Positions 22,817 to 31,635 are shown, counted from the first letter of the stretch. The stretch: 32,000 nucleotides of DNA from Clostridium sp. (GCF_051650885.1 NZ_JBOFRG010000313.1:17354-49353), one strand, 5' to 3'. A program made the numbers and translations. The notes: generated from the letters alone by a model not told the origin.

Positions 22817-24643
22817 ATGTGCGGAATAGTAGGATATGTTGGAGATAAAAAAGCAACTAACTTTTTAGTAGAGGGATTATCAAAGCTGGAGTATAGAGGA
22901 TATGACTCAGCTGGTGTCGCAGTAAATGAAGGAGGAAACCTTGTAGTTAAAAAGAAAAAGGGTAGATTATCTAACCTTGAAGAAGAATTAACTACGAACC
23001 CTTTAAATGGATGTGTCGGGATTGGACATACTAGATGGGCAACACATGGAGCACCATCAGATAGAAATTCACACCCACACTTAAGCAATGATGGAAGTAT
23101 AGCTGTTGTACACAATGGTATAATAGAAAACTACATCGAACTTAGAAAATTTTTAGGAGAAGAAGGTTATACTTTCAAATCAGATACTGATACAGAGGTA
23201 ATACCAAACCTTGTACAATATTACTATAATGGCGACCTTTTTGAGGCGGTAGTTAAAGCTACTGAAAGATTAGAGGGAAGCTATGCAATTGGAGTAGTTT
23301 CACAAAATGATGAAAACACTTTAATTGGAGTAAGAAAGGATAGTCCATTAATTGTTGGACTTAATGATACTGAAAATTACATTGCTTCAGATATACCGGC
23401 AGTATTAAGTTATACAAGAAAAGTATACTTATTAGAGGATGATGAATTTGTTATCATGAACAAAGAGGGAGTAACTCTTGTAACTAGAGATGGCAAAGAA
23501 ATCGATAAAGAAATTTTTAACGTAACATGGGATGAAAGTGCAGCCGAAAAAGGTGGATTTGATTCATTTATGTTAAAAGAAATACATGAGCAACCAAAAG
23601 CGATTAGGGACACGATGACTTCTAGGATATCATTAGAACATGGTGTTTTTTTTGACGACTTTAACATCTCAAAAGAAGAACTAGATGCTATTGATAGAAT
23701 ATATATCGTTGCTTGTGGAACTGCATATCATGCAGGACTTATGGGTAAAGCATCTATTGAAAGATTGGCTAAGATACCAGTTGAGGTAGATATAGCATCT
23801 GAATTTAGATATAGAAATCCATTAGTTACAGACAAATCTTTAGTAATAATCCTTAGTCAATCAGGAGAAACAGCAGATACTTTAGCAGCACTTAGAGATT
23901 GTAAAAAAGCTGGTGCAAGAGTATTAGTTGTAACAAATGTTGTAGGAAGTACAATGTCAAGGGAAGCAAACCATGTTATATATACAATGGCAGGTCCTGA
24001 GATTTCTGTTGCTTCAACAAAAGCATACACTACACAAGTATTAGTTATGCATATGATAGCAATTTACTTTAGTGAATTAAGAGAGACAGTTACTAAAGAA
24101 AACTTAAATAAAATAAAAGAAGAGATGTTAATGCTTCCAGAAAAAATTGAGGAAGCTTTAAATATAAAAGAAGATATAGAAAAAGTGGCTAAAGAAGTTA
24201 AAGATGAAAAAGATCTTTATTTCTTAGGAAGAGGAATGGATTATTCATTAGCTCTTGAAGGGTCATTAAAACTTAAGGAGATTTCTTATATCCATTCAGA
24301 AGCATATGCTGGTGGAGAATTAAAGCATGGACCAATTGCTTTAATAGAAGAAGGAACTAAAGTTATATCAATATTAACTCAAAAGAACTTAATAGATAAA
24401 ATGATAAGTAACGTAGTAGAGATAAAATCTAGAGGGGCTATAAACTTTGGAATAACATTCAAAAGTGAAGAGAAAGCATGTCAGGTATTAGATAATATAT
24501 TATTTATACCAGAAACACATGAAATTTTAGCACCAATAGTTTGCGCAGTAGCACTTCAGTTATTAGCATATTATGTGGCAAGCTTAAAAGGTTTTGATAT
24601 AGATAAACCAAGAAACTTAGCTAAATCTGTAACTGTAGAGTAA
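22817..24643 (+). CDS. glmS: glutamine--fructose-6-phosphate aminotransferase (isomerizing)
   Basis: 608 aa. MCGIVGY Ntn-amidotransferase start, two SIS domains (SQSGETADT), and C-terminal ...PRNLAKSVTVE typical of GlmS. Confidence 0.97.
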   Translation: MCGIVGYVGDKKATNFLVEGLSKLEYRGYDSAGVAVNEGGNLVVKKKKGRLSNLEEELTTNPLNGCVGIGHTRWATHGAPSDRNSHPHLSNDGSIAVVHNGIIENYIELRKFLGEEGYTFKSDTDTEVIPNLVQYYYNGDLFEAVVKATERLEGSYAIGVVSQNDENTLIGVRKDSPLIVGLNDTENYIASDIPAVLSYTRKVYLLEDDEFVIMNKEGVTLVTRDGKEIDKEIFNVTWDESAAEKGGFDSFMLKEIHEQPKAIRDTMTSRISLEHGVFFDDFNISKEELDAIDRIYIVACGTAYHAGLMGKASIERLAKIPVEVDIASEFRYRNPLVTDKSLVIILSQSGETADTLAALRDCKKAGARVLVVTNVVGSTMSREANHVIYTMAGPEISVASTKAYTTQVLVMHMIAIYFSELRETVTKENLNKIKEEMLMLPEKIEEALNIKEDIEKVAKEVKDEKDLYFLGRGMDYSLALEGSLKLKEISYIHSEAYAGGELKHGPIALIEEGTKVISILTQKNLIDKMISNVVEIKSRGAINFGITFKSEEKACQVLDNILFIPETHEILAPIVCAVALQLLAYYVASLKGFDIDKPRNLAKSVTVE

Positions 24644-24680
24644 AAATTATTATTAAAATTAAGATTTATGTTGTTGTAAA

Positions 24681-24740
24681 AAAAAGTTTGCGTATATATA
24701 AAAAACTTTGCATATATATAAAAAACTTTGCCTAAAGTAA
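24681..24740 (+). repeat. three contiguous 20-bp direct repeats (putative TnsB-binding sites of the transposon end)
   Basis: AAAAAGTTTGCGTATATATA / AAAAACTTTGCATATATATA / AAAAACTTTGCCTAAAGTAA. Copies 1 vs 2 match 18/20 and copies 2 vs 3 match 15/20. They are preceded by TGTTGTTGTAAA (24669-24680). Confidence 0.6.
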
Positions 24741-24780
24741 AAGGTATTTTACAGAAAAGTAAAAGGAGAGGTTAATAGAT

Positions 24781-24936
24781 ATGAATGATAAATTAGAGTT
24801 ATTGTTAAATGAGTACAAAGAAACAGAAAAATGTTTGGTTATGGGATTAGAGTGGTTACCAAATAATGATTTTGCAAAAGCAAAATTGGATGTAGTAAAA
24901 ATGATAATAAAAGATTTAGAAACTTTAAAAATATAG
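24781..24936 (+). CDS. small hypothetical protein (51 aa) just inside the transposon end
   Basis: Not in the ORF track. ATG 24781 is preceded by an AAAAGGAGAGG RBS. Translation is MNDKLELLLNEYKETEKCLVMGLEWLPNNDFAKAKLDVVKMIIKDLETLKI. A weak hairpin at 24944-24978 follows. No recognisable family. Confidence 0.4.
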   Translation: MNDKLELLLNEYKETEKCLVMGLEWLPNNDFAKAKLDVVKMIIKDLETLKI

Positions 24937-25014
24937 AATAGATAAAGAGGTGTTGATTAAATTCGACATCTCTTTTTGATTTAGATACAATATATTTATT
25001 AAGGAGTGATGAGA

Positions 25015-26475
25015 ATGATTACATATTTTCCAAAAGTATATGATGATGAATTAATGTATAGCATTATAGGAAGATATCATAAATATAGCGGAAACAATAA
25101 AACTTCAGAAACAACAAAAGAATTATTTAATAAAAAAATTTGTGCATCTAAGGATGTACAAGGATATATGAGAGCATTCGCAAAAAATGTTGGGAATATT
25201 ATGAAGAAAAATGAAATGGAACTTATAAACAATCACACACTAATACCAGTGTATGGTTTTTTTTCTTCAAAAGAGAAAGCAAGAAAAATTTTAAGTGTGG
25301 TTTTACATAAGGCTTCGTTAGATGTTATTCGTGAATTGGGTGATAATGGGAGTAATATTACAAAAAAAATAAATATCTATTATTGTCCAATATGTTCAAA
25401 TGATGAGTTTGAAAGAAATGGAGAAGCTTATATTCATAGAACACACCAAGTAAGAGGAGTTGTAGTTTGCGAAAAGCACAAATGTAAATTATATGAGTAT
25501 TCTGAAGAGCTAAAGAAAAATACCTATATTATATTGAAAAGAGAAAACTTGGTGAAAAATGTAGAATATTATGAGAATGAAATATATTGGAATATAGCAA
25601 GAACAGTTCATCAAATTCTTAATTCGTGGCAGTACGGGCAGAAAGAAAAAATAATAAATGAATTTAAAGTGAAGTTAAAAGAGAGAAATTTAATTATGGA
25701 TGGACATAGTGAGAGATTAAGAACTAAAAAGTTAGTTGAAGAATTTGAGAAAAAATATAGTAATGAAATTTTAAAGGAATTGGGTTGTGAAGTAAAACAA
25801 GAATCAAATAGTTGGTTAAAAAGAATATTAGTTAAAAAGAGAAATCAACAATACCTAAGATATATATTAATTAGTGAGTTTTTAGGAGAGAGAGATAAGG
25901 TGTTAAATACAAAAAGAAAAGAAAGTTCGAATAAAAAAGGAATTTGTCAAAATCCTTTTTGCGAAAATTATAATAATATTAATTTAGAATATGAAAATAA
26001 GAGGAAAAATAAAAAAGGAGATAAGTATATAGTTACATATAAGTGCAACTGCGGATATGTATATACAAGATATTTAAAAGGAAATATAAAGAGTAGATTA
26101 AAAGTTATTAGCTATGGGGAAAAATGGGAAGATGAATGTTTGAAACTAATAAAAAGGAAAGAAAAGTTAGCAAATATATCTAAATTAATGGAGTGTGATG
26201 AACGAGCAATAATTAAGTTTGCGCAGATGAAAAATTGTATAGAATTAGTAAATACTGATAGGAGAATGGATTTAACAAAGAAACTTGGTAATAATGGAAT
26301 TTGCAGTGAGGAGATAAAAATGAAACATATAGAAGTAATTGAAGATTATATAAAAAATACTCCAAATTGCACACAAAAAAAAATAAGAAAAATATATTCA
26401 AAAGAATATTATTATTTATATAAAAAGTTCAAAGAAGATTTAGATGATATGATAGTAAGATATAATCTGGAATAA
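25015..26475 (+). CDS. tnsD: TnsD/TniQ-family Tn7-like target-site selection protein
   Basis: N-terminus ITYFPKVYDDELMYSIIGRYHKYSG, then HTLIPVYGFF and the zinc motif YYCPICSNDEF..NGEAYIHRTHQVRGVVVCEKH. These parallel Tn7 TnsD (FPVPYSNELIYSTIAR..., HTLFPLYAPF, YCPDCV..YGEAFW.R.W....CPKH). A second Cys cluster CQNPFCEN...YKCNCGYVY is present. AAGGAG RBS sits 8 nt before ATG 25015. Confidence 0.85.
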   Translation: MITYFPKVYDDELMYSIIGRYHKYSGNNKTSETTKELFNKKICASKDVQGYMRAFAKNVGNIMKKNEMELINNHTLIPVYGFFSSKEKARKILSVVLHKASLDVIRELGDNGSNITKKINIYYCPICSNDEFERNGEAYIHRTHQVRGVVVCEKHKCKLYEYSEELKKNTYIILKRENLVKNVEYYENEIYWNIARTVHQILNSWQYGQKEKIINEFKVKLKERNLIMDGHSERLRTKKLVEEFEKKYSNEILKELGCEVKQESNSWLKRILVKKRNQQYLRYILISEFLGERDKVLNTKRKESSNKKGICQNPFCENYNNINLEYENKRKNKKGDKYIVTYKCNCGYVYTRYLKGNIKSRLKVISYGEKWEDECLKLIKRKEKLANISKLMECDERAIIKFAQMKNCIELVNTDRRMDLTKKLGNNGICSEEIKMKHIEVIEDYIKNTPNCTQKKIRKIYSKEYYYLYKKFKEDLDDMIVRYNLE

Positions 26476-26477
26476 TA

Positions 26478-26522
26478 AAATAAGCATAATAGAACCTGTG
26501 GTTTCTATTATGCTTATTTTTA
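26478..26522 (+). terminator. Rho-independent terminator after tnsD
   Basis: 17-bp stem AAATAAGCATAATAGAA / TTCTATTATGCTTATTT followed by a T-run. Confidence 0.85.
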
Positions 26523-26559
26523 GTGTCCAAGGAATGAGTAAATAAATTAGATGCAAATA

Positions 26560-26588
26560 TTGTAAATATATATCATAAATAGTAATAT
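26560..26588 (+). promoter_or_regulatory. candidate sigma-A promoter of the three-gene operon
   Basis: TTGTAA, a 17-nt spacer, then TAATAT. The -10 element ends 21 nt upstream of ATG 26610. Confidence 0.4.
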
Positions 26589-26609
26589 TAAACTTGAGAG
26601 GTGAGGAAA

Positions 26610-27737
26610 ATGAAAAAGGTTGAAGTAACAAGTTTCCCAGCAAGCTATGGAGATTCATTTTTATTAGAAATAATTAATGATATGGAAACATATCGGATTT
26701 TGATTGACTGTGGATTTAAGAGAACATACTTAAATTGTTTAAAAGAGAAAGAATTAAAAAAATTGGATATGTTAATATTGACACATATTGATGAAGACCA
26801 TATTGGAGGAGCTTTAGAAATATTGAATCAGATACCGAAAATAGATATAAAAGAGATATGGTTTAATGATTTATATAAAATATATGAATATAAAAAAATA
26901 AAAACGACAATGGAGCATATTAGTGAAAACAAAGGGAAACAAGGAGAGGTAGGATATGCAAAAGCAAAAACAATTTCCAATTATTTGTATGAGAATTATT
27001 TAGAGGTATGGAATAAAAATCATACTCTAATTTGTTGTGATGCTAAAAAATATAAAGAAATAAAAATATTAAATGGTTTGGGAAAAATTATTTTATTATC
27101 ACCGAATATAGAGAGAGTAAATGAGTTGTTTTTGGCATGGATAGCACACATGAGAGACGTAAAGTTGAAATATGACACAAATGAAATCAATAGTTTTTAT
27201 AAATTTATTAAAAGTAATGATTATATTGCAACAAGAGTGCAGAATAATTGTGGGAATAATGGGCTAGATATAGAAAAGCTAGCAGATTATGATGGAAATA
27301 AAAATAGTGTTGTGAATAATTCATCAATTGCATTTTTGATAGAGATATTTGATAAAAAAATATTATTTTTAGGTGATGCTAACGGTAAGGATGTAGTGAA
27401 TGCATTGAAAGAATATATGAGTGATAAAAATATAGATAATTTAAAAGTAGATTTAGTTAAAGTGAGTCATCATGGTAGCAAAAATAATACAGACAAAGAG
27501 TTTTTTAGTATTTGCAAGTCAGATAAATATTTAATATCTACAAATGGGCACAGATTTAACCATCCAGATATGGAATGCTTAAGTAAAATAATTTATCATC
27601 AGAAAGAATATAAAACCATTATATTTAATTACTTAAGAGAAGATGTGAAAAGTAAATTGAATAAAAAAGAACTGAAACAGAGTTTAAATTATGAAATAGA
27701 AATGCCTGAACAAGAAGGGATACTTATAGAGGTGTAA
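26610..27737 (+). CDS. stand-alone ComEC/Rec2-type metallo-beta-lactamase-fold hydrolase (putative nuclease)
   Basis: LILTHIDEDHIGGA (nt 26781-26801 encode THIDEDH) and VKVSHHGSKNN (SHHGS at 27465-27479) match the xTHxDxDHxGG and HHGS blocks of ComEC-like MBL domains. No TM segments. GAGGTGAGG RBS before ATG 26610. Confidence 0.7.
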   Translation: MKKVEVTSFPASYGDSFLLEIINDMETYRILIDCGFKRTYLNCLKEKELKKLDMLILTHIDEDHIGGALEILNQIPKIDIKEIWFNDLYKIYEYKKIKTTMEHISENKGKQGEVGYAKAKTISNYLYENYLEVWNKNHTLICCDAKKYKEIKILNGLGKIILLSPNIERVNELFLAWIAHMRDVKLKYDTNEINSFYKFIKSNDYIATRVQNNCGNNGLDIEKLADYDGNKNSVVNNSSIAFLIEIFDKKILFLGDANGKDVVNALKEYMSDKNIDNLKVDLVKVSHHGSKNNTDKEFFSICKSDKYLISTNGHRFNHPDMECLSKIIYHQKEYKTIIFNYLREDVKSKLNKKELKQSLNYEIEMPEQEGILIEV

Positions 27738-27740
27738 AAT

Positions 27741-29183
27741 ATGGAAATGAATAAAAATTATATATGTAAAATATATAGTAATAACAAAGAATTTTTAGGA
27801 ACAGGATTTTTTATAAATGATAAACAAATGTGTACAGCTGGACATTGTGTTAAAGATATTGAGAAGGGTTATGTAGAGTTGATAAAAAAGAAATATTGCT
27901 TCACAAATGTGAAGAAAATTGAAGAGTTGGACTTTGCAATTGTTATATTTGATGAAGAGGTTTTTGATAGGAGGAGTATAGAATTTAATATAGATTTAGG
28001 GAGGACTAAGAAGGAAAGTTATACATATGGTTATACAAATCTATATAGCGAGGAATCGGAGGGGATGAAATTAAAGCTAGAAGAGTATCCGACAGAATAT
28101 GGAGATAAAATAATTGATGAAACACTTATGATTAGAGGCTGCAATGATGATAGAAGTTGGAAGGGAATATCAGGAGCTCCTGTTTGGAGTAGTGATGGCA
28201 TTAGGGGAATTGTTTTAAAAGAAATTTATGGTGATGGAATTCAAACAAGATTAGAAGCTATTTCATTTGATAAAATAATAAATTATTTAATAGAAAAAAA
28301 AGAAGAGGAATTATTAACGGGCTTTCCAAGGGCGACGATAGGAAAAAGGTTAAATGAGAGAGTTAGAGAAAATAAAAATAGATGTCAAGAGTTATATAGA
28401 GATATCGAACATAGAGAAGCAATAGAAAAAATAGAACCAAACTGTTTTAATTTTGAAAATAATATCAATGAAAAGCATATCTTAAATGAAATAACTGAAG
28501 TACTAGAAAAATATGCATTATTATTAGATGATGAAAGTGTAGAAAGGACAGGTAGATATTTTAGAGATATTAATGAAAAAATAGCAATAGTAGAGGAATA
28601 TATAGGTAAAGATTTTAATAGTATGTATATAGTGCTATGGATGTTAGCAGAAGGAAAAAAGTTTGCACCTAAAATAGGAAAAATATTGTGTGAGAGAAAT
28701 GGAGAGTTTTATGAAAGAGATATATTCATAAGTAGACATAATGGCGAAGGGAAAATAAAATTTTTGATTCCGTTCATCAGTTATAGTGAAAATTTGAAAG
28801 AAGGGATTGAAAATTTAATTACAAGTATGAGTAGAGAAGATAGTACTTTGATAAATTTAAATGACATACAACTTGATGGTGAGGCAGTAGCTTGTCTAGG
28901 ATATATAGAGCAATATGAATTAAGAAAAGCGGTAGAAAAAAGATATTCTGGGGTAGAGATAGAAATTATTGCATTAATAATGTATAACAGTAAAATGTAC
29001 AAGAAGGCAAAAAACATAACAAATAAAAAAGGAGTTATACAACGACAATATATGGACGACATTCAAAATGAAAGTTATAAGTATATGGTATCGACAATTA
29101 GTGAAAAAAAATTGAATTTATTTATATTACCAGTAAATGAATTTAATAAATTTGGACTGGAGAGAGATAATGTTAAAAGATGA
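27741..29183 (+). CDS. fusion protein: N-terminal trypsin-like serine protease plus a C-terminal ~285-aa domain with a PD-(D/E)xK-like motif
   Basis: Catalytic triad context CTAGHCV (His35, nt 27843-27845), LDFAIVIF (Asp64) and GISGAPVW (Ser144, nt 28170-28172). The C-terminal region carries MLAEGKKFAPKIGK and D327-x8-E336-G-K338 (nt 28719-28754). Start is 3 nt after the MBL stop, with an AGAGGTG RBS. Confidence 0.7.
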   Translation: MEMNKNYICKIYSNNKEFLGTGFFINDKQMCTAGHCVKDIEKGYVELIKKKYCFTNVKKIEELDFAIVIFDEEVFDRRSIEFNIDLGRTKKESYTYGYTNLYSEESEGMKLKLEEYPTEYGDKIIDETLMIRGCNDDRSWKGISGAPVWSSDGIRGIVLKEIYGDGIQTRLEAISFDKIINYLIEKKEEELLTGFPRATIGKRLNERVRENKNRCQELYRDIEHREAIEKIEPNCFNFENNINEKHILNEITEVLEKYALLLDDESVERTGRYFRDINEKIAIVEEYIGKDFNSMYIVLWMLAEGKKFAPKIGKILCERNGEFYERDIFISRHNGEGKIKFLIPFISYSENLKEGIENLITSMSREDSTLINLNDIQLDGEAVACLGYIEQYELRKAVEKRYSGVEIEIIALIMYNSKMYKKAKNITNKKGVIQRQYMDDIQNESYKYMVSTISEKKLNLFILPVNEFNKFGLERDNVKR

Positions 29184-31635
29184 GTATAAATATTTAAAAG
29201 AAATCAATAAAAAATATACGATACTTTATATAAAAAAAGAATTTTTGGAGAATGAAGTAATTGAAAAAATTAATTTAGAAGAAATAAAGTATGGACTTGC
29301 TCTTAGCGAGCTATTAATAGGATATAAAAATAATGATTATGTGGAGTTAGCATTAGAATATGCAACAATAATAACAACTGTAGTTAAAGATAAAAAAATA
29401 ATAAAGCGATGTAGTGATATATTAAATAGATTAACAATTTTTACATTTGAAGATGTTCTTAGAAGAAAAGAGAAAGACAAAGTAGAATTGAGTGGAAGTG
29501 GTTTTTCAGGAATGGAAGAACTTGGACACAGAAGAAAATATTTACGAAATCTTGGAAATGAAAAAGTTTTATTAAATAAGTTTCAAGCAGAGTTAAATGA
29601 TGCGATTAACAATTATAAAAATGTAAGTATTTCAGCTTCAACATCTGCAGGAAAATCATATCTAATGCAGAAAAATATTATTGATATGATATCCAAAGAA
29701 AAGGTAATGAAAATTATTTATGTAGTACCGACGAGAGCTTTAATAAGTCAAGTAATGACAGATTTTCAAAGAGAATTGAAAAATATAGGATTAAGTAAAG
29801 AGACAACACTAAGTTGTACGTCACATATTGAAGAAGGAGATTTAAAAGATAGATGCATATTGGTGCTTACACAAGAACGACTAAATCAAATTTTTTTTGA
29901 AGAAGGAATAAATTTAGATATAAATGTTATAGTGGTGGATGAAGCACAGGAAATAGGCGGTGGTGCGAGAGGTGTATTACTTGAGTATGTTATTAATAAT
30001 GCGAAACGAAGATGGGAGAAATGCAATATTATATTCTTAGCACCATTAATTGGTAATCCTGAAACATTTATAGAAAAGTTTAACTTGGAAAAAAGTTATA
30101 GTAAAAAAGAGGAGTTTAGAACTGTTAATCAAAATTTAATATCTTTAGAAAGAATTAGAGGAAAATCAAAAATGGAAATAAGATATGAAAATAGTCATAT
30201 TGGGGAGTTTCCGTATAGAGAAGAAGATTTAAGTAGGAAAGAGAAAAAGATTGCCTATATTTTTAGAAATTTTAATAATAATGAAAATTCCATTATTTAT
30301 TCTAAAATACCGAGTGAAGCTAGAAAGATAGCTATAGAGATAGCTAAGGAGATGGAGGAAGTAATAGATAGTGAAATTGAAATATTTGTAGAATTTTTAA
30401 AAAGTTATATATGTGAACAATATGAATTGGTTGATTTAATAAAAAGAGGTGTAGCATACCATTTTAGTGGAATACCAAGTATTATCAAAAATGGCATTGA
30501 GGAATTAGCAACAAAAGGAAAGTTAAAAGTAATAGCATGTACGACAACTTTGCTAGCAGGCGTTAATGTTCAAGCAAATAATATATATGTATATGAGACC
30601 AAAAAGAAAAATGATGAATTAACAAATTTAGAATTTTGGAATTTAATTGGAAGAGCAGGGCGGATGAAGTATGATGTATGTGGAAATATTATATTAATAA
30701 ATCTTAAGTTAACAGAAGAATTTCCTGAATATAGAAGGGCAGATATTGGGGGAGTGGTTTTTGCAAAGGAAGAAATAATTAATAATGAAAAAAAACAATT
30801 AGAAAATTATATAGAAAAAGCAGATAATGAGTTTTTAGATAAAAATAAGAAGAAAATTTATGAAAATATAGAAAGTACATTAGTTATTGAAGGTTTCTTA
30901 AAAAAAGAAGACGAAAAAATTGAAAAAATAGATAAATTGATAGAAATAAAAATTAAGGAAAATAAAGTGCCAGAAAAAATAGTAAGAAAACTTATAGGAA
31001 TAGATTTAAAAAAATTAAATTTATTATGGGAGAAAATGAATGATTGTGAAAATATTGAGGAATGTATATTAGTAAATCCATTTGCAAAGAATGCAAACAA
31101 GAAATTGATGGAAGTGTTGGGAATTATAAGTGAAATATTTTTAGAGAATAAATATAAAAGCGTAGCGTATAGAGGATATATTGTTAGCAAAGCATTAAAA
31201 TGGATAAGAGAAAATAGTTTTAGACAAATTCTTTTTGAAAATAAAAATATTGCTTTAATGGACAATGAAAAAATAAATAATGAAATAAGTACGGCATTGA
31301 AGGTGATTAATACAGATATACGTTATGAAATGAGTAAATATATTTATGCATACCAAGAAATTTTGAAAGAAATTTTGAAATTACAAAATAAAGAAGTATT
31401 AATAGCTAAAATGCCTAATTATCCATTATATTTGGAGTTTGGAGCAGCAAGAAAAAAAACTTTGGATTTAATGTGTATGGGGTTTATGAGAGAAACAGCT
31501 ATTTTGTTGGAGAGATATGTAAAAAGTGAGGAATTACTTGATATTAAGAAGGAAATAAAAAGTATTAATATTGAGGAAATAACTTGTAGTAATTATATAA
31601 AACAAAGGTTGAAGGAGCAAATAAACATATTGTAA
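29170..31635 (+). CDS. Ski2/Hel308-like superfamily-2 helicase with long N- and C-terminal extensions
   Basis: Motif I SASTSAGKS (GKS at 29650-29658), motif II VVDEAQE (DEAQ at 29938-29949), motif V-like ACTTTLLAGVNVQA, and motif VI NLIGRAGR (30649-30663). ATG 29170 follows GGAGAGAG and overlaps the protease stop by 14 nt. The ORF-track ATG at 29137 has no RBS. Confidence 0.8.
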   Translation: MLKDEYKYLKEINKKYTILYIKKEFLENEVIEKINLEEIKYGLALSELLIGYKNNDYVELALEYATIITTVVKDKKIIKRCSDILNRLTIFTFEDVLRRKEKDKVELSGSGFSGMEELGHRRKYLRNLGNEKVLLNKFQAELNDAINNYKNVSISASTSAGKSYLMQKNIIDMISKEKVMKIIYVVPTRALISQVMTDFQRELKNIGLSKETTLSCTSHIEEGDLKDRCILVLTQERLNQIFFEEGINLDINVIVVDEAQEIGGGARGVLLEYVINNAKRRWEKCNIIFLAPLIGNPETFIEKFNLEKSYSKKEEFRTVNQNLISLERIRGKSKMEIRYENSHIGEFPYREEDLSRKEKKIAYIFRNFNNNENSIIYSKIPSEARKIAIEIAKEMEEVIDSEIEIFVEFLKSYICEQYELVDLIKRGVAYHFSGIPSIIKNGIEELATKGKLKVIACTTTLLAGVNVQANNIYVYETKKKNDELTNLEFWNLIGRAGRMKYDVCGNIILINLKLTEEFPEYRRADIGGVVFAKEEIINNEKKQLENYIEKADNEFLDKNKKKIYENIESTLVIEGFLKKEDEKIEKIDKLIEIKIKENKVPEKIVRKLIGIDLKKLNLLWEKMNDCENIEECILVNPFAKNANKKLMEVLGIISEIFLENKYKSVAYRGYIVSKALKWIRENSFRQILFENKNIALMDNEKINNEISTALKVINTDIRYEMSKYIYAYQEILKEILKLQNKEVLIAKMPNYPLYLEFGAARKKTLDLMCMGFMRETAILLERYVKSEELLDIKKEIKSINIEEITCSNYIKQRLKEQINIL

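Noticed and set aside
22750-23115. 121-aa minus-strand ORF overlapping the glmS 5' end and leader.
   Set aside because: It is antisense to the glmS Ntn-amidotransferase domain and to the ribozyme-to-RBS linker, so it is spurious.
24944-24978. Hairpin after the 51-aa ORF as a strong terminator isolating tnsD.
   Set aside because: The stem is only 10 bp with a G-T pair and a 12-nt loop. It is kept as a possible attenuator and mentioned under the small ORF finding, but it is not listed as a confident terminator.
26213-26658. Minus-strand ORFs of 62 and 72 aa across the tnsD 3' end, its terminator and the operon promoter. Antisense ORFs at 28781..29062 and 30858..31265 lie in the island.
   Set aside because: No RBS is present. 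One runs through a 17-bp terminator stem. The others are antisense to ORFs that carry catalytic motifs.
29170-31635. Helicase as the Res/HsdR subunit of a type I or type III restriction-modification system.
   Set aside because: No methyltransferase or specificity gene is adjacent, and no PD-(D/E)xK block is visible within the helicase itself. The motif V/VI style (TTTLLAGVN, GRAGR) is Ski2-like rather than HsdR/Res-like.
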